The position numbers and the translations under genes are program-made. DNA of 64,000 nucleotides from positions 375 through 64,374 of the forward strand of contig CAZACW010000007.1 in NCBI GenBank assembly GCA_964483785.1. The letters run 5' to 3'. The notes under the pieces were generated by a model. It had not been told where the DNA came from and did not search any database. It saw only the letters and a program-made list of their open reading frames with translations. Source of the DNA: an uncultured Planctomycetales bacterium. Lineage in GTDB: Bacteria; Omnitrophota; Gorgyraeia; Zapsychrales; Fredricksoniimonadaceae. Below are positions 38,579 to 48,868 of the stretch, piece after piece. Every line of letters starts with the position of its first letter. The stretch's first letter is position 1.

Positions 38579-40309
38579 TTATTGCTTGTCAATGATCTGC
38601 TGCTTCAGCCGCCCAAGCAGGGCCTCCAGGCCCATGCTGCCCAAATCCTGGCTGTTTTGCAGGCGCACCGCCACCTGGGAGGCCTCGACTTCCTTGTCCC
38701 CGATGATGATCTGGTAGGGGATTTTCTGCACCGAGGCTTCCCGGATGCGCTTGGCCAAGGACTCATTGCGCTCATCGACGATGACCCTGAACCCCTCCGC
38801 TTCCAAGGCCTGCTTGACCTTGGCGGCATGGCCCTGGTGTTCGTCCTTGATGGGGATCACCGCCACCTGATGCGGCGCCAGCCACAAAGGAAAATGGCCC
38901 GCGTAATGCTCGATCAAGGTGCCGATGAACCTTTCCAAACTGCCGAAGATGGCCCGGTGCAGCATCACCGGTGTCGCCGGCTGGCCGTTTTCGTCGATAT
39001 AGCTTAATTCAAAACGCTCCGGCAAAAGAAAATCGCATTGGATGGTGCCGCATTGCCACTGGCGGCCGATGGCATCCTTTAATTTGATGTCGATCTTGGG
39101 GCCGTAAAAGGCCCCGTCCCCCTCATTGATCGCGTAGTGAAGCTTCTTGGCCTCCAGCGCTTCTTTAAGAGACGCGGTGGCCTTGTCCCAGTTGGCCTCA
39201 CTGCCCATGAATTTCTCGGGCCTCGTCGATAATTCAATGTGCAGGTCGGTAAAGCCGAAATCCTTCATGACCGCAAAGACAAAGTCCATGACGCCGATCA
39301 CTTCTTCCTTGATCTGCTGGGGCCGCAGGAAAATGTGCGCATCATCCTGCGTAAAGCCGCGCACGCGCAAAAGCCCGTGCAGGACGCCGGCCTTTTCCTG
39401 GCGGTACACGGTGCCTAATTCAAAATAACGGACGGGCAAATCCCTGTAGGAGCGGGTCTGGGACTTGAAAATCAGGATATGCCCCGGGCAGTTCATGGGC
39501 TTGACCGCGTAATCCTCGTCGTCGACCTTGAAATAATACATGTTCTCCCGGTAATTCTCGGCATGGCCTGAAATGTCCCACAATTTGCCTTTGAGCATGT
39601 GCGGGGTCATCACCATCTTGTAGCCGCGCTTAAGGTGCTGGGCGCGGGCATAATCTTCGATCACCTTCCTTAACATGGCGCCGTTGGGATGGTAAAAAAT
39701 GAGGCCGGCCCCGGCGGTGTCATGGTAGATATGAAACAAATCCAGCTGGGTGGCGATTTTGCGGTGGTCGCGCTTGGAGGCCTCCTCGAGCATTTTTAAG
39801 TACGCGTCGAGTTCCGGCCGGGAAAAAAAGGCCGTGCCGTAGATGCGCTGGAGCATGGGCCTTTTTTCATCCCCGCGCCAGTAGGCGCCGGCAACGGAGA
39901 GCAGTTTGAAGCCCTTGATCAGGCCGGTTGAGGCCACATGCGGCCCTTTGCACAAATCCGCGAATTCATCGCCGGTCTTGAAAATCGAGACCTCCTTATC
40001 CGGGATGCCCTCGATCAATTCCACCTTGTAGGTCTCGTTTTTGGCGGCGAAAAATTTTTTGGCCTCTTCGCGCGGCATCATGGACTGCGTCAAGGGCAGG
40101 TCCTTGGCCACGATGCGGGCCATGGCTTTCTCGATCTTGCGCAGATCATCGTCGGTGAACGGCTCCTTCTTGTCGAAATCGTAATAAAAGCCGTTCTCCA
40201 CGGCCGGGCCGATGGTGACCTTGGCCTCGGGCCAAAGTTCCTGCACGGCCTGGGCCATCACGTGCGCGCAGGTGTGGCGCAATTTATCGATGTCGCGGCT
40301 GTAATCCAT
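38579..40309 (-). CDS. thrS: Threonyl-tRNA synthetase
   Basis: Class II motifs and a zinc site (...CPGHILIF..., ...HRAIFGSLERFIG...). Confidence 0.95.
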   Translation of the reverse strand: MDYSRDIDKLRHTCAHVMAQAVQELWPEAKVTIGPAVENGFYYDFDKKEPFTDDDLRKIEKAMARIVAKDLPLTQSMMPREEAKKFFAAKNETYKVELIEGIPDKEVSIFKTGDEFADLCKGPHVASTGLIKGFKLLSVAGAYWRGDEKRPMLQRIYGTAFFSRPELDAYLKMLEEASKRDHRKIATQLDLFHIYHDTAGAGLIFYHPNGAMLRKVIEDYARAQHLKRGYKMVMTPHMLKGKLWDISGHAENYRENMYYFKVDDEDYAVKPMNCPGHILIFKSQTRSYRDLPVRYFELGTVYRQEKAGVLHGLLRVRGFTQDDAHIFLRPQQIKEEVIGVMDFVFAVMKDFGFTDLHIELSTRPEKFMGSEANWDKATASLKEALEAKKLHYAINEGDGAFYGPKIDIKLKDAIGRQWQCGTIQCDFLLPERFELSYIDENGQPATPVMLHRAIFGSLERFIGTLIEHYAGHFPLWLAPHQVAVIPIKDEHQGHAAKVKQALEAEGFRVIVDERNESLAKRIREASVQKIPYQIIIGDKEVEASQVAVRLQNSQDLGSMGLEALLGRLKQQIIDKQ

Positions 40310-40316
40310 AAATTGA

Positions 40317-40394
40317 TGGTGGACTCGACAAGACTTGAACTTGTGGCCTTCTCCATGTCAAGGAGACGCTCTAACCAAACTGAGCTACGAGTCC
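40317..40394 (-). tRNA. tRNA-Val (GAC), CCA encoded
   Basis: Hand-folded: GGACTCGTAGCTCAGTTTGG...anticodon loop ttGACat...GTTCAAGTC...TCCACCA. Confidence 0.8.
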
Positions 40395-40413
40395 ATTGGA
40401 AATTGATCTTTAA

Positions 40414-40497
40414 TGGGCGGGGAGGGACTTGAACCCTCACGACCTTACGGTCACAGGATTTTAAGTCCTGCGCGCATACCAATTCCGCCACCCGCCC
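40414..40497 (-). tRNA. tRNA-Leu (UAA), long variable arm
   Basis: GGGCGGGTGGCGGAATTGGTA...anticodon loop ctTAAaa...long extra arm...GGTTCAAGTCC. Confidence 0.8.
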
Positions 40498-40525
40498 AAA
40501 TGCACTGTGCGCCAAACCCTGAAAC

Positions 40526-40600
<75 letters not shown>

Positions 40601-40601
40601 G

Positions 40602-41141
40602 CTAACCTTTTAAAACCGCCTTGACGATATCTTCAATCTCGGCCAAATGCCCGATCCCGACGGTGCCGCAGGCCAATCGGCCATGAACAGGCTCAATGAA
40701 TTTAAATCCGTGCTTTTTCAATTTCGCGCAATTGTCCATCACCATGGGATTGGCAAACATCTGGTCGTTCATCGCCGGGGCCACCCACACCGGGGCGCGG
40801 CAGGCGGTCACAAAACTGGTGAGCAGATCATCGGCCAGGCCGTGCGCCAATTTTCCGATGATATTGGCCGTGGCCGGCGCGATGAGCACCGCCTGCGCCC
40901 AGCGGGCCAGCTCGACGTGGGCCATGGCCCACGCTTCCTTGTCGAACATGCCGCTGTACACGGGCTTGCCGGACAAGGTGGACAAGGTCAGCGGCGTGAT
41001 AAACGCCTCGGCTTCCTTGGTCATGATCACGCTGACCTCGGCCTTCTCATCCCGCAGGCGGCGGATGAGGTCCCCCGCCTTATAGGCCGCGATGCTGCCG
41101 CAGACACCCACGACGATCCTGGTGCTTTTAGGACTTGGCAT
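40602..41141 (-). CDS. Flavoprotein (phosphopantothenoylcysteine decarboxylase, CoaC-like, decarboxylase domain only)
   Basis: ...IVVGVCGSIAAYKAG... flavoprotein fold. The track ORF N-terminal 72 aa are a spurious read-through overlapping rpoZ; the true start Met is at 41141. Confidence 0.7.
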   Translation of the reverse strand: MPSPKSTRIVVGVCGSIAAYKAGDLIRRLRDEKAEVSVIMTKEAEAFITPLTLSTLSGKPVYSGMFDKEAWAMAHVELARWAQAVLIAPATANIIGKLAHGLADDLLTSFVTACRAPVWVAPAMNDQMFANPMVMDNCAKLKKHGFKFIEPVHGRLACGTVGIGHLAEIEDIVKAVLKG

Positions 41142-41373
41142 TCTTTTTGGCCTTTTCTTCTTTAGCTTCCGGCAGGCCGCTGCCTTTTTCGATGACTTTT
41201 CCGGCGCGGATCTCATCCAGCGCCGTGGTCGCCAATTTCTGCTCAGCCGGCGCGTGCACCAATTTGACGCCGGTGGCGGCCAATTCGGTGGCGCGGGTGG
41301 AGGCCAGGCGGACCAGGCGGTAAACGCTGTGGTTGGCCCTGGATAACAATTCTTCAAGCGGTTGATAAGCCAT
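41128..41373 (-). CDS. rpoZ: RNA polymerase omega subunit
   Basis: ...VYRLVRLASTRATEL... is the RpoZ signature. Confidence 0.8.
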   Translation of the reverse strand: MAYQPLEELLSRANHSVYRLVRLASTRATELAATGVKLVHAPAEQKLATTALDEIRAGKVIEKGSGLPEAKEEKAKKNAKS

Positions 41374-41460
41374 ACGTCAATTCCTTCCTGTTAAACGACT
41401 TAAAAGATAATCGAGAAAACCATTTTTATAACATACAAGAGGGGGTATTGTCAATCTTCC

Positions 41461-42087
41461 CTACGGGCCGATCCCAAGCTCTTGGCAGACGATCTGCTGC
41501 AGGGCCTGCAGGGCCTTGGCCAGCTTTGCGTTGATGATGACATGGTCGTAATGCCCGGCCTCCTTCAATTCCCGGCGCGCCACCTGCAAACGCTTTTGTA
41601 AACTGGCGGGGGTTTCCGTGCCCCTGGCCTCCAGCCGCGCCTCCAGCACCTTCAGCGACGGGGCCTTGATGAAAATTTTCAGGGCCTGCGGGAATTCGCG
41701 GGCCACGGTCTTGGCGCCTTTGACGTCGATGCACAAAAGTACATGAACGCCTTTCTGCAGCAATTGGAGGGCGTGCTTTTTGGGCGTTCCGTAATACTGG
41801 CCAAAGACCTTTTCCCATTCTAAAAAATACCCCTTCTTGATCTTGGCTTCAAAGGAGCGCGCGTCCAAAAACAGATAGTCCCGGCCATTCCTCTCCCCCG
41901 GCCGCCGGGGCCTGGTGGTGGCGGAAATGGATTTGACCAGCCGGCCTTTCATCGCCGGGTCAGCCAGCAGGGCCTTGTGCAGGGTGGTCTTGCCGCAGCC
42001 GGAAGGGCCGGAGAGAATGACAATCTTGGCCTTAAGGGGCGGCGATGTTCTATTCGACATTGTTGGATTGTTCGCGGATCTTTTCAA
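41461..42087 (-). CDS. gmk: Guanylate kinase
   Basis: P-loop LSGPSGCGKTTL plus the GMP-binding region. Confidence 0.9.
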   Translation of the reverse strand: MKRSANNPTMSNRTSPPLKAKIVILSGPSGCGKTTLHKALLADPAMKGRLVKSISATTRPRRPGERNGRDYLFLDARSFEAKIKKGYFLEWEKVFGQYYGTPKKHALQLLQKGVHVLLCIDVKGAKTVAREFPQALKIFIKAPSLKVLEARLEARGTETPASLQKRLQVARRELKEAGHYDHVIINAKLAKALQALQQIVCQELGIGP

Positions 42088-42952
42088 CCTTGCTTTTGAT
42101 GGCGATCACGGCGGCGGCCACCACCTTGTCCTGCACCTTGGAGCCGATGGTGTTGGTCTCGCGCTGCATTTCCTGGGCGATGAAATCAAGCTTTTTGCCC
42201 GCCCCCTCGGCCTGCCTCAACAGCGCCTTGGCCTCGTCGATATAATGCTCCAGGCGGGCGGTCTCTTCGTTGATGTCATTGCTTTTTTGGAAGGAGGAAA
42301 ATTCATCCGGGGCCATGCCGGCCTTGGCCTCTTTCAAAAGGGCGGCACCCCGCTGCTTGATCTGGCGGATATGCTGGCGCATACGCATCAACTGGCCGCC
42401 GATGTCCGCGGCCAGCGACCGGCCTTCCCTGCGGCGCATATGCACCACCCCTTCGGCCGCCTTGCGCAAGGAGCGCTCCAGGGCCGGCCACAGCTCGCCG
42501 GGCTGAACAAAGACCTCCTGCGCCACGATGACGCCGGGCAGGCGCAGGATGTCGGCGACGGTGATGTCGTTGCGGATGCGGTGCTTTTCTTTCAGGGCCC
42601 TGGCAAAACCAAGGTAGCGGCGCACCGCCTCCTGGTTTAAGGCAATGCTCGTCTGCGGCTTGTCCGTGATCTTGACCGTGACCGTGACCCGGCCGCGCTT
42701 GATGCGGCTGGAAATGATTTTCTGGATCTTCTCCTCGAGCGAGGAAAAGCCCGAGGGCAGATAAAACGCCACATCCAGATAACGGTGGTTCACCGTCTTG
42801 ATCTCGACGATGCCCTTGACCCTGCCGAAGGTGATTTCCCCGGCCCCGAACCCTGTCATGCCTGTGATCATAACGCTCCTAATCCAATAGTTCCTTATTT
42901 TTAAACCAGAGGGCGATTTCCCGGCGGGCTTCCCTGGCGTCGGAAGAGACAT
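42050..42952 (-). CDS. yicC: YicC-family stress-induced protein
   Basis: YicC N/C domain pattern (MTGFG...; C-terminal ...REQSNNVE). Confidence 0.75.
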   Translation of the reverse strand: MSLPTPGKPAGKSPSGLKIRNYWIRSVMITGMTGFGAGEITFGRVKGIVEIKTVNHRYLDVAFYLPSGFSSLEEKIQKIISSRIKRGRVTVTVKITDKPQTSIALNQEAVRRYLGFARALKEKHRIRNDITVADILRLPGVIVAQEVFVQPGELWPALERSLRKAAEGVVHMRRREGRSLAADIGGQLMRMRQHIRQIKQRGAALLKEAKAGMAPDEFSSFQKSNDINEETARLEHYIDEAKALLRQAEGAGKKLDFIAQEMQRETNTIGSKVQDKVVAAAVIAIKSKVEKIREQSNNVE

Positions 42953-43328
42953 GCACCACGTTCTCGAACACGCCCTTGGTCGTCACCCGGCCGAATTTGC
43001 CGCGCACGGACCGGGGGTCCGCTTCCTCGGGGTTGGTGGCGCCGGCAATGCCGCGGCAGACGGCCACGGCGTTCTTGCCCGAAAACACCATGGCCACGAC
43101 GGGATTGTCCCCGTGCAAATGGCCCATCAAATAATTGACGATTTCCTTGAAAAAAGGTTTTTGACGCAAATGCCTGTAATGGGCCTGGGCCAGCTTGCGC
43201 GGGACCCGCACCAGTTTAAGGCCGCTTAAGCGCAGATGGCCGGCCAAAAACAGGCTGATCACCTCGCCGGCGATGCCTTTCTGGATCCCGTCGGGCTTGA
43301 TCAAGACCAGGGCCGCGTGCGCCTTCAT
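42879..43328 (-). CDS. ndk: Nucleoside diphosphate kinase
   Basis: ...LVLIKPDG...NVVHVSS... Confidence 0.85.
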   Translation of the reverse strand: MKAHAALVLIKPDGIQKGIAGEVISLFLAGHLRLSGLKLVRVPRKLAQAHYRHLRQKPFFKEIVNYLMGHLHGDNPVVAMVFSGKNAVAVCRGIAGATNPEEADPRSVRGKFGRVTTKGVFENVVHVSSDAREARREIALWFKNKELLD

Positions 43329-44254
43329 TGCCGCAGCACCCCGAGAATGCGGTCCAAATCATCGAGCGTGTAATATTCTATGACGAGTTTGCCCTTGCCC
43401 CGCCGGTCCTTGATGAAGACCTTGGTCCCCAAAATTTTGCGCAGTTCTTCTTCCAGTATCTCAATGTCCCGGTTTCTCGGCCTGGCCTTGGCGCCGGCAA
43501 CCGCCTCATGCCCCTGCTGGGCCTGCTTGACCATGTCCTCGATTTGGCGCACGGAAAGGCCCTTGTCGATGACCGCCTGGGCCATTTTTTTCTGGATGGC
43601 CGCGTCGCCTAAGCCTAAAATGGCCCTGGCATGGCCCATGGAGATTTCAGCGTCAATGACCTGCTGTTGAATATCTTGCGGAAGCTTTAGAAGCCGTATG
43701 AGATTATGGACCGTGGCCCGGTCCTTGCCAACGGCCTCAGCCACCTCATCCATGGTAAATTTAAACTCATCAATCAGCTTTTTAAAGGCCAGGCCTTCTT
43801 CAATGGCATTTAAATCTTCTCTTTGGATATTTTCCACCAAGGCCAGGACCAGGGATTCCCTGTCCGTAACGTTCTTGATAATAACCGGTACTTCTTGCAG
43901 GCCAATGGCTTTAGCCGCTCTTAAGCGCCTTTCTCCTGCTACGACCTCATAATGTTCCCCTTGCTTGCGTACCAAGATAGGCTGTAATACGCCTTTTTCC
44001 TTAATTGACGCTTTTAAATCTTCCAATCTGGATTCATCATAGTTTTGCCTTGGTTGAAGTCTATTTTCCAGAATGGAAATTAATTTTACGGTTTTGACAT
44101 TTGAAGATGCGGAAGATTCCAGATTGGACATTTCCAGATTGGACATTTTCTGTGCATTTAATCTATCCCTATCGGTTACAGATAAAAGCGCTGAAAGTCC
44201 CTTTCCTAAGACTTTTTTTTCCATTCTGGAATCTCCTAAGTTAATAACAAACAA
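43325..44254 (-). CDS. parB: Chromosome partitioning protein ParB
   Basis: ParB box (...GVLQPILVR..., HTH, ...GERRLRAAK...). Confidence 0.9.
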   Translation of the reverse strand: MFVINLGDSRMEKKVLGKGLSALLSVTDRDRLNAQKMSNLEMSNLESSASSNVKTVKLISILENRLQPRQNYDESRLEDLKASIKEKGVLQPILVRKQGEHYEVVAGERRLRAAKAIGLQEVPVIIKNVTDRESLVLALVENIQREDLNAIEEGLAFKKLIDEFKFTMDEVAEAVGKDRATVHNLIRLLKLPQDIQQQVIDAEISMGHARAILGLGDAAIQKKMAQAVIDKGLSVRQIEDMVKQAQQGHEAVAGAKARPRNRDIEILEEELRKILGTKVFIKDRRGKGKLVIEYYTLDDLDRILGVLRQ

Positions 44255-44267
44255 TTAAGTCGGAATA

Positions 44268-44296
44268 ACCATCACAACCCCGGGGGTTGTGATGGT
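44268..44296. repeat. PR1 palindrome copy 5, between the parA stop and the parB start
   Basis: Perfect palindrome. Confidence 0.9.
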
Positions 44297-44308
44297 TTCT
44301 AACCTACG

Positions 44309-45091
44309 TTAAGTCAAATTGCCAATGGGTTTATTGGTCAATAAAAACTCTTCCGCCAGCTCCTTGTACTTTAAAGAACCAATGGAATGCGGATCGTAAT
44401 AATTGATGGGCTTGCCGAAACTGGGCGCTTCGCTTAGACGTATGTTCCTGGGAATAATAGGCTTATAAACTTTTTCCTTGAAATAGTTTTTGATCTCATT
44501 GATCACTTCATTGGTTAAATTGGTCCTGAAATCCGCCATGGTCATAAGCACCCCTTCAATGTGCAGATCAGGGTTTAAGCCATCCTTGACTAAGGATATG
44601 GTGTTCAAGAGCTGGGAAACCCCTTCAAGGGCATAAAACTCGCATTGTATGGGCACCAGGATGGAATCTGCGGCCACCAGGGCATTCAGGGTCAAAAGGC
44701 CTAAGGACGGCGGAGAATCGATCAGGATGAAATCATAACGGTCCTTAACCGCTTCCAGGGCCTTTTTAAGGCGGGTTTCCCTGGATAAAACACCGACAAG
44801 CTCGATCTCCGCTCCGGTCAGGTTGATATTACAAGGAATAATGTCCAAATTATTGAATTCGGTCTTGATCAGGGCCTGGGCAGTGGATACGCGGTGGATG
44901 AGAACGTCGTAGAGGGAATCCTTGATTTCGTTTTTATTAATCCCCACCCCGCTGCTGGCATTGCCCTGGGGATCCATGTCTACGATCAGGACTTTCTTAT
45001 TTAAAGCAGAGAGCGCCGAAGCCAAATTAATGGTGGTGGTCGTCTTGCCAGTACCGCCTTTTTGATTACAAACAGCAATAATTTTTGACAT
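44309..45091 (-). CDS. parA: Chromosome partitioning ATPase ParA/Soj
   Basis: KGGTGKTT deviant Walker A. The start Met is probably MSKIIAV..., 8 codons inside the track ORF, whose extension overlaps PR1 copy 6. Confidence 0.9.
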   Translation of the reverse strand: MSKIIAVCNQKGGTGKTTTTINLASALSALNKKVLIVDMDPQGNASSGVGINKNEIKDSLYDVLIHRVSTAQALIKTEFNNLDIIPCNINLTGAEIELVGVLSRETRLKKALEAVKDRYDFILIDSPPSLGLLTLNALVAADSILVPIQCEFYALEGVSQLLNTISLVKDGLNPDLHIEGVLMTMADFRTNLTNEVINEIKNYFKEKVYKPIIPRNIRLSEAPSFGKPINYYDPHSIGSLKYKELAEEFLLTNKPIGNLT

Positions 45092-45105
45092 ATTCCACGT
45101 GAAAC

Positions 45106-45134
45106 CCCTCCACAACCCCCGGGGTTGTGATGGT
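45106..45134. repeat. PR1 palindrome copy 6 (left arm degenerate, 3 mismatches), between jag and parA
   Basis: CCCTCCACAACCCCCGGGGTTGTGATGGTT. Confidence 0.75.
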
Positions 45135-45138
45135 TTTT

Positions 45139-45324
45139 TTATTTTATCGTGACCTTGATTTTTGCTTGCTTTGCTCCATGCATTCCAAACAGCCCCCTCT
45201 TCTCCTCACACACAATTTTAATGTCCAATCTGCTTTTGGAAACGCCCAATTTGACAACCGCCTTATTAATGGCCTCCTCTACCGTATCCCCTTCAAACTC
45301 GCTTGATTCAGATTTAATTGCCAT
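45139..45324 (-). CDS. Jag/KhpB N-terminal-domain-only small protein
   Basis: Jag_N-like sequence in the conserved position downstream of yidC; lacks KH/R3H domains. Confidence 0.5.
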   Translation of the reverse strand: MAIKSESSEFEGDTVEEAINKAVVKLGVSKSRLDIKIVCEEKRGLFGMHGAKQAKIKVTIK

Positions 45325-45331
45325 ACAATGA

Positions 45332-46927
45332 TTATTTACTGCTGCTGGCCTTGGCTATCTTCCACTGGGTCAAGGTGGACAAAACGTAAAATACCAGGAA
45401 ATAAATGGCCCAGGAACTGGCAAATTTATAGAACAAAAAAGTCATCATCACCGGCATTATATACATCATCATCCTCTGCTGGGTCGCCTGCTGTTCATCC
45501 ATCACGATCATATTTTTGCTTGATATTTTCTGCTGGAAAAACATCATGCCCCCGGTCAGCACAGGTAATATATTAAGCTCATTCCCAAGCAAAGGCAAAT
45601 AAAAAGGAAAAATTATCAAACGGTCCGGCTGGGAAAGGTCCTTGATCCACAAAAAGCCCTGGCCTTGAAAATACTGGGCCCGCCATAAAATCTGGTACAG
45701 GGCCATAAAAAACGGCATCTGGATCAAAAACGGCAGACAGCCGCCGAAAGGATTGATCTTTTCTCGACGGTAAATCTCGATCATTTCCGCGTTAAGCTTT
45801 TGGGGATCATTTTTATACCGCTCCTTTAAAGCAGTCAATTTAGGCTGGACTTCCTGCATTCTACGCATGGACATCATGCTTTGCATGGTCAATGGATAAG
45901 TAATTCCATAAATCAGCATACTGATTAGAATAATGCCCAGGCCCCAGCTTTTAAAAATATTATGGAAAAACGGTATAGTATAATAAATGGCCTGGGCGAT
46001 CCACTCAATGACCGGGAAACTGCTGAAAGCAACAATCTTTTCAAATCCTTGATGATAGGTCTTCATCAGCCATGGATTTTGAGGCCCAAGATATATATTG
46101 AAATCATAAACAGCACTCTCCCCTGGCCCTAAAATTTTATCCTGGGGCTTGATGGATATGGACAGCTGTTTTTCGTTATCTGCTTTGATTTCATAAGATT
46201 TTGTCTCAAATCCAGGTTTTATGACCAAGGCCTGATAATGGCTTCTAAATCCAGCCCAAAGTACCGCGGCATTATCCGATTTATTATTCTTGTCCGAGAA
46301 TTTAATGGCATTGCCTTTGCGTACTGTTCCACGATTAGATGAAACCGAGTACTCGTACAAGGCGCTGTCTCTGGAATTCTGATTAATGTCCATTCTGGAA
46401 ACATCAACCGTATAAAGCCTGAAGCTTAGATTTTCCAGATTGGACATTTCCGTCAAATTTTTAATTTCCATTCTGACCTTGATCAGGTCCTGATCAACCA
46501 ATTCATAGGTCTTGGCAATCTGCCAATTCTGATTTTTATAGGTCAAAAAGATCCTTTTCTCATCGATTCTTTGGCCTGAATAAACCCAATTATCTAACTC
46601 ATCTATGCTGATAATATTTGTGACCGGGAAGGGAAGATTGCGGGTAAATTCTACTTTGTGGAGTGATCCACCCACATTTGTAAAGGAAATGTCCTTATCA
46701 GTGGATTTGATATCATAATCAGATGTTTTATCTGGCACATTTGTGGATAATTCATGTGTTTTTTGACTCTCCGCGATCTGATTGTCTATATTTGACGCAA
46801 CATGTTGTTGTGCAGTATTTTGTGGATTATTTACGCTGGGGGGAGCTTTGGGCGGAACAAAGACCGTCTGATAGGCAAATAATACAGCGGCCGCAAGAAC
46901 AATGGCTAATAGGGTGTTTCGGTCCAT
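45332..46927 (-). CDS. yidC: Membrane protein insertase YidC (long periplasmic domain form)
   Basis: C-terminal 60 kDa inner-membrane insertase motifs (...GCLPFLIQMPFFMALYQ...). Confidence 0.9.
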   Translation of the reverse strand: MDRNTLLAIVLAAAVLFAYQTVFVPPKAPPSVNNPQNTAQQHVASNIDNQIAESQKTHELSTNVPDKTSDYDIKSTDKDISFTNVGGSLHKVEFTRNLPFPVTNIISIDELDNWVYSGQRIDEKRIFLTYKNQNWQIAKTYELVDQDLIKVRMEIKNLTEMSNLENLSFRLYTVDVSRMDINQNSRDSALYEYSVSSNRGTVRKGNAIKFSDKNNKSDNAAVLWAGFRSHYQALVIKPGFETKSYEIKADNEKQLSISIKPQDKILGPGESAVYDFNIYLGPQNPWLMKTYHQGFEKIVAFSSFPVIEWIAQAIYYTIPFFHNIFKSWGLGIILISMLIYGITYPLTMQSMMSMRRMQEVQPKLTALKERYKNDPQKLNAEMIEIYRREKINPFGGCLPFLIQMPFFMALYQILWRAQYFQGQGFLWIKDLSQPDRLIIFPFYLPLLGNELNILPVLTGGMMFFQQKISSKNMIVMDEQQATQQRMMMYIMPVMMTFLFYKFASSWAIYFLVFYVLSTLTQWKIAKASSSK

Positions 46928-46932
46928 GGCCT

Positions 46933-47145
46933 TTACCTTACTGGATCATACCCGCCGTCGCACGCCGGAGAACAGCGCAGAAGGCGATAGAGGGATTGCA
47001 TAATACCGGCGCGCAGGCCATGCCGCTCGATGGCCTCGATGGCATAGTGCGAGCACGACGGGTAAAACCGGCAATGCCTGACGCAAAATACCCGGCTTAG
47101 ACACTGATAGGTTTTGATGCAAAGGATCAAGGCCTTAGTCAGCAT
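46933..47145 (-). CDS. yidD: Membrane protein insertion efficiency factor YidD
   Basis: CRFYPSCSHYAIEAIERHG motif. The track ORF extends spuriously upstream into rpmH; the Met at 47145 gives a typical 70-aa YidD. Confidence 0.85.
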   Translation of the reverse strand: MLTKALILCIKTYQCLSRVFCVRHCRFYPSCSHYAIEAIERHGLRAGIMQSLYRLLRCSPACDGGYDPVR

Positions 47146-47170
47146 GGATGAATGCGCCTGCGGGCTAACT

Positions 47171-47308
47171 TTAGGAAGATATGCGGTGGCGGCCCTTAGC
47201 TCGTCGACGGCTGAGCACTTTGCGGCCGTCCGAGGTCGCCATGCGCTTACGGAATCCGTGTTTTTTCTTTCCAACGATATTCGTCGGCGTCTTTAAATGC
47301 TTCTTCAT
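47171..47308 (-). CDS. rpmH: Ribosomal protein L34
   Basis: Hand translation gives [45 protein letters not shown]. It is below the ORF-track length cutoff. Confidence 0.9.
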   Translation of the reverse strand: MKKHLKTPTNIVGKKKHGFRKRMATSDGRKVLSRRRAKGRHRISS

Positions 47309-47521
47309 GGTGCCATTCTTTCTCGATCATCTCCTTAGGGCTTAAATGTTGGGCAATTATAACATACCCCAAAGTGAAGTCAAGCGCTTTGAAGGCAAAA
47401 AACCATTGCAATCCAAAAATGCTTTGTTATAATGCCCATCGCATCTTAACTGGAGCTTAACACAGCCTCGAGATTGAGGTTTCGCCTCTCTTCGAATTGA
47501 ATCCACAGCTGTGCATAACTT

Positions 47522-48868
47522 GTGATCTCGTCTCAAATGACCCTGAATGACGTCTGGCAGAAGGCCCAAATTCCCATCAAAACCACCATCGGGGAGACCT
47601 CCTACGGCACCTGGTTTTCCCACTTGAAAACCTGCGAAAAAAACCCCGGCGTGCTGACCATTGAAGCTCCCGACGAGTACTTCAAGAACTGGATCGACGA
47701 GCGCTACCGGGGGATCATCGAACGCTGCCTGCGCACCGAGGGGGGGCAGGGGATCGCCGTCGAATTTTCCGTCAATCCCGAGCTGTTGAACAAAAAGACC
47801 CAGCAGAAGCTCGACCAGATCGAAAAATCCTTCGCGCCCACGGACAAAAACATCCATTTAAACCCCCGTTTCCTGTTTGAAAATTTCGTGGTGGGCCAAA
47901 GCAACCGCTTCGCCTTCGCGGCCGCGCAGGCCGTGGCGGAAAACCCGGCCAAATCCTACAATCCTTTCTTTATCTACGGCCCGGTGGGCTTAGGCAAGAC
48001 CCATCTTTTGCAGGCCATCACCCACGAGGCCCAGCGCAAAAACCCGGCCCTGAAAATCTGCTACCTCTCTTCCGAACAGTTTACCAACGAGCTCATCAAT
48101 TCCATCCGCCACCACGCCTCGGAAAGCTTCCGGCAGAAATACCGCCACGTCGACATCTTGTTGATCGACGATATCCATTTCATCGCCGGCAAGGTCTCGA
48201 CCCAGGAGGAGTTTTTCCATACCTTCAACACCCTGCATGACCACCACAAGCAGATCATCATCTGCTCGGACAGGCCGCCCAAGGAAATCGCCAACCTGGA
48301 AGAGCGCCTGGTCTCGCGCTTCGCCTGGGGCCTGATCACGGACATCCAGCCGCCGGACTATGAGACCCGGGTGGCCATTCTGCGCAAAAAATTAGAATTA
48401 GAATCTGTGGAAGTCCCGGATGATGTGGTATTATTTATAGCCCAAGAGATCAAGACCAATATCCGCGAGCTGGAGGGGGCCTTGATCAGGGTCGTGGCCT
48501 ATGCGCTTTTGGAAGACAAGGTCATTTCCCTGCCCGTCGCTAAACAGGTCCTTAAGGACATGGTCAAAGAAACGATCAAGACCATCAGCGTCGACATGGT
48601 CCAGAAAGAAGTGGCGGCCTATTACCAGGTGGCTTTGGCGGACTTAAAAACCAAGAAACGCAATAAGAATGTGGTGGTGCCCCGGCAGGTGGCCATGTAC
48701 CTGGCCCGCAAATTGACCACCCATTCCTTGCCGGAAATCGGGGCCGCTTTCGGCGGCAAGGACCATACCACGGTCCTGCATGCCTATAAGAAGGTGGAGA
48801 GGGACTTTTTGACCAATCAAGAAATCAAAAAAAGCGTTGATTATTTAAACGCGATCCTTTTACAATGA
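47522..48868 (+). CDS. dnaA: Chromosomal replication initiator DnaA
   Basis: AAA+ [10 protein letters not shown] and the C-terminal DnaA box-binding domain. Confidence 0.95.
   Translation: MISSQMTLNDVWQKAQIPIKTTIGETSYGTWFSHLKTCEKNPGVLTIEAPDEYFKNWIDERYRGIIERCLRTEGGQGIAVEFSVNPELLNKKTQQKLDQIEKSFAPTDKNIHLNPRFLFENFVVGQSNRFAFAAAQAVAENPAKSYNPFFIYGPVGLGKTHLLQAITHEAQRKNPALKICYLSSEQFTNELINSIRHHASESFRQKYRHVDILLIDDIHFIAGKVSTQEEFFHTFNTLHDHHKQIIICSDRPPKEIANLEERLVSRFAWGLITDIQPPDYETRVAILRKKLELESVEVPDDVVLFIAQEIKTNIRELEGALIRVVAYALLEDKVISLPVAKQVLKDMVKETIKTISVDMVQKEVAAYYQVALADLKTKKRNKNVVVPRQVAMYLARKLTTHSLPEIGAAFGGKDHTTVLHAYKKVERDFLTNQEIKKSVDYLNAILLQ

Noticed and set aside
41142-41357. N-terminal 72 codons of the track ORF 40602..41357
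   Set aside because: Pro/Trp/Arg-rich read-through overlapping rpoZ in another frame. The flavoprotein domain starts at the Met at 41141.
47146-47274. N-terminal extension of the yidD track ORF
   Set aside because: It overlaps rpmH in a different frame. The conserved YidD begins at the Met at 47145.
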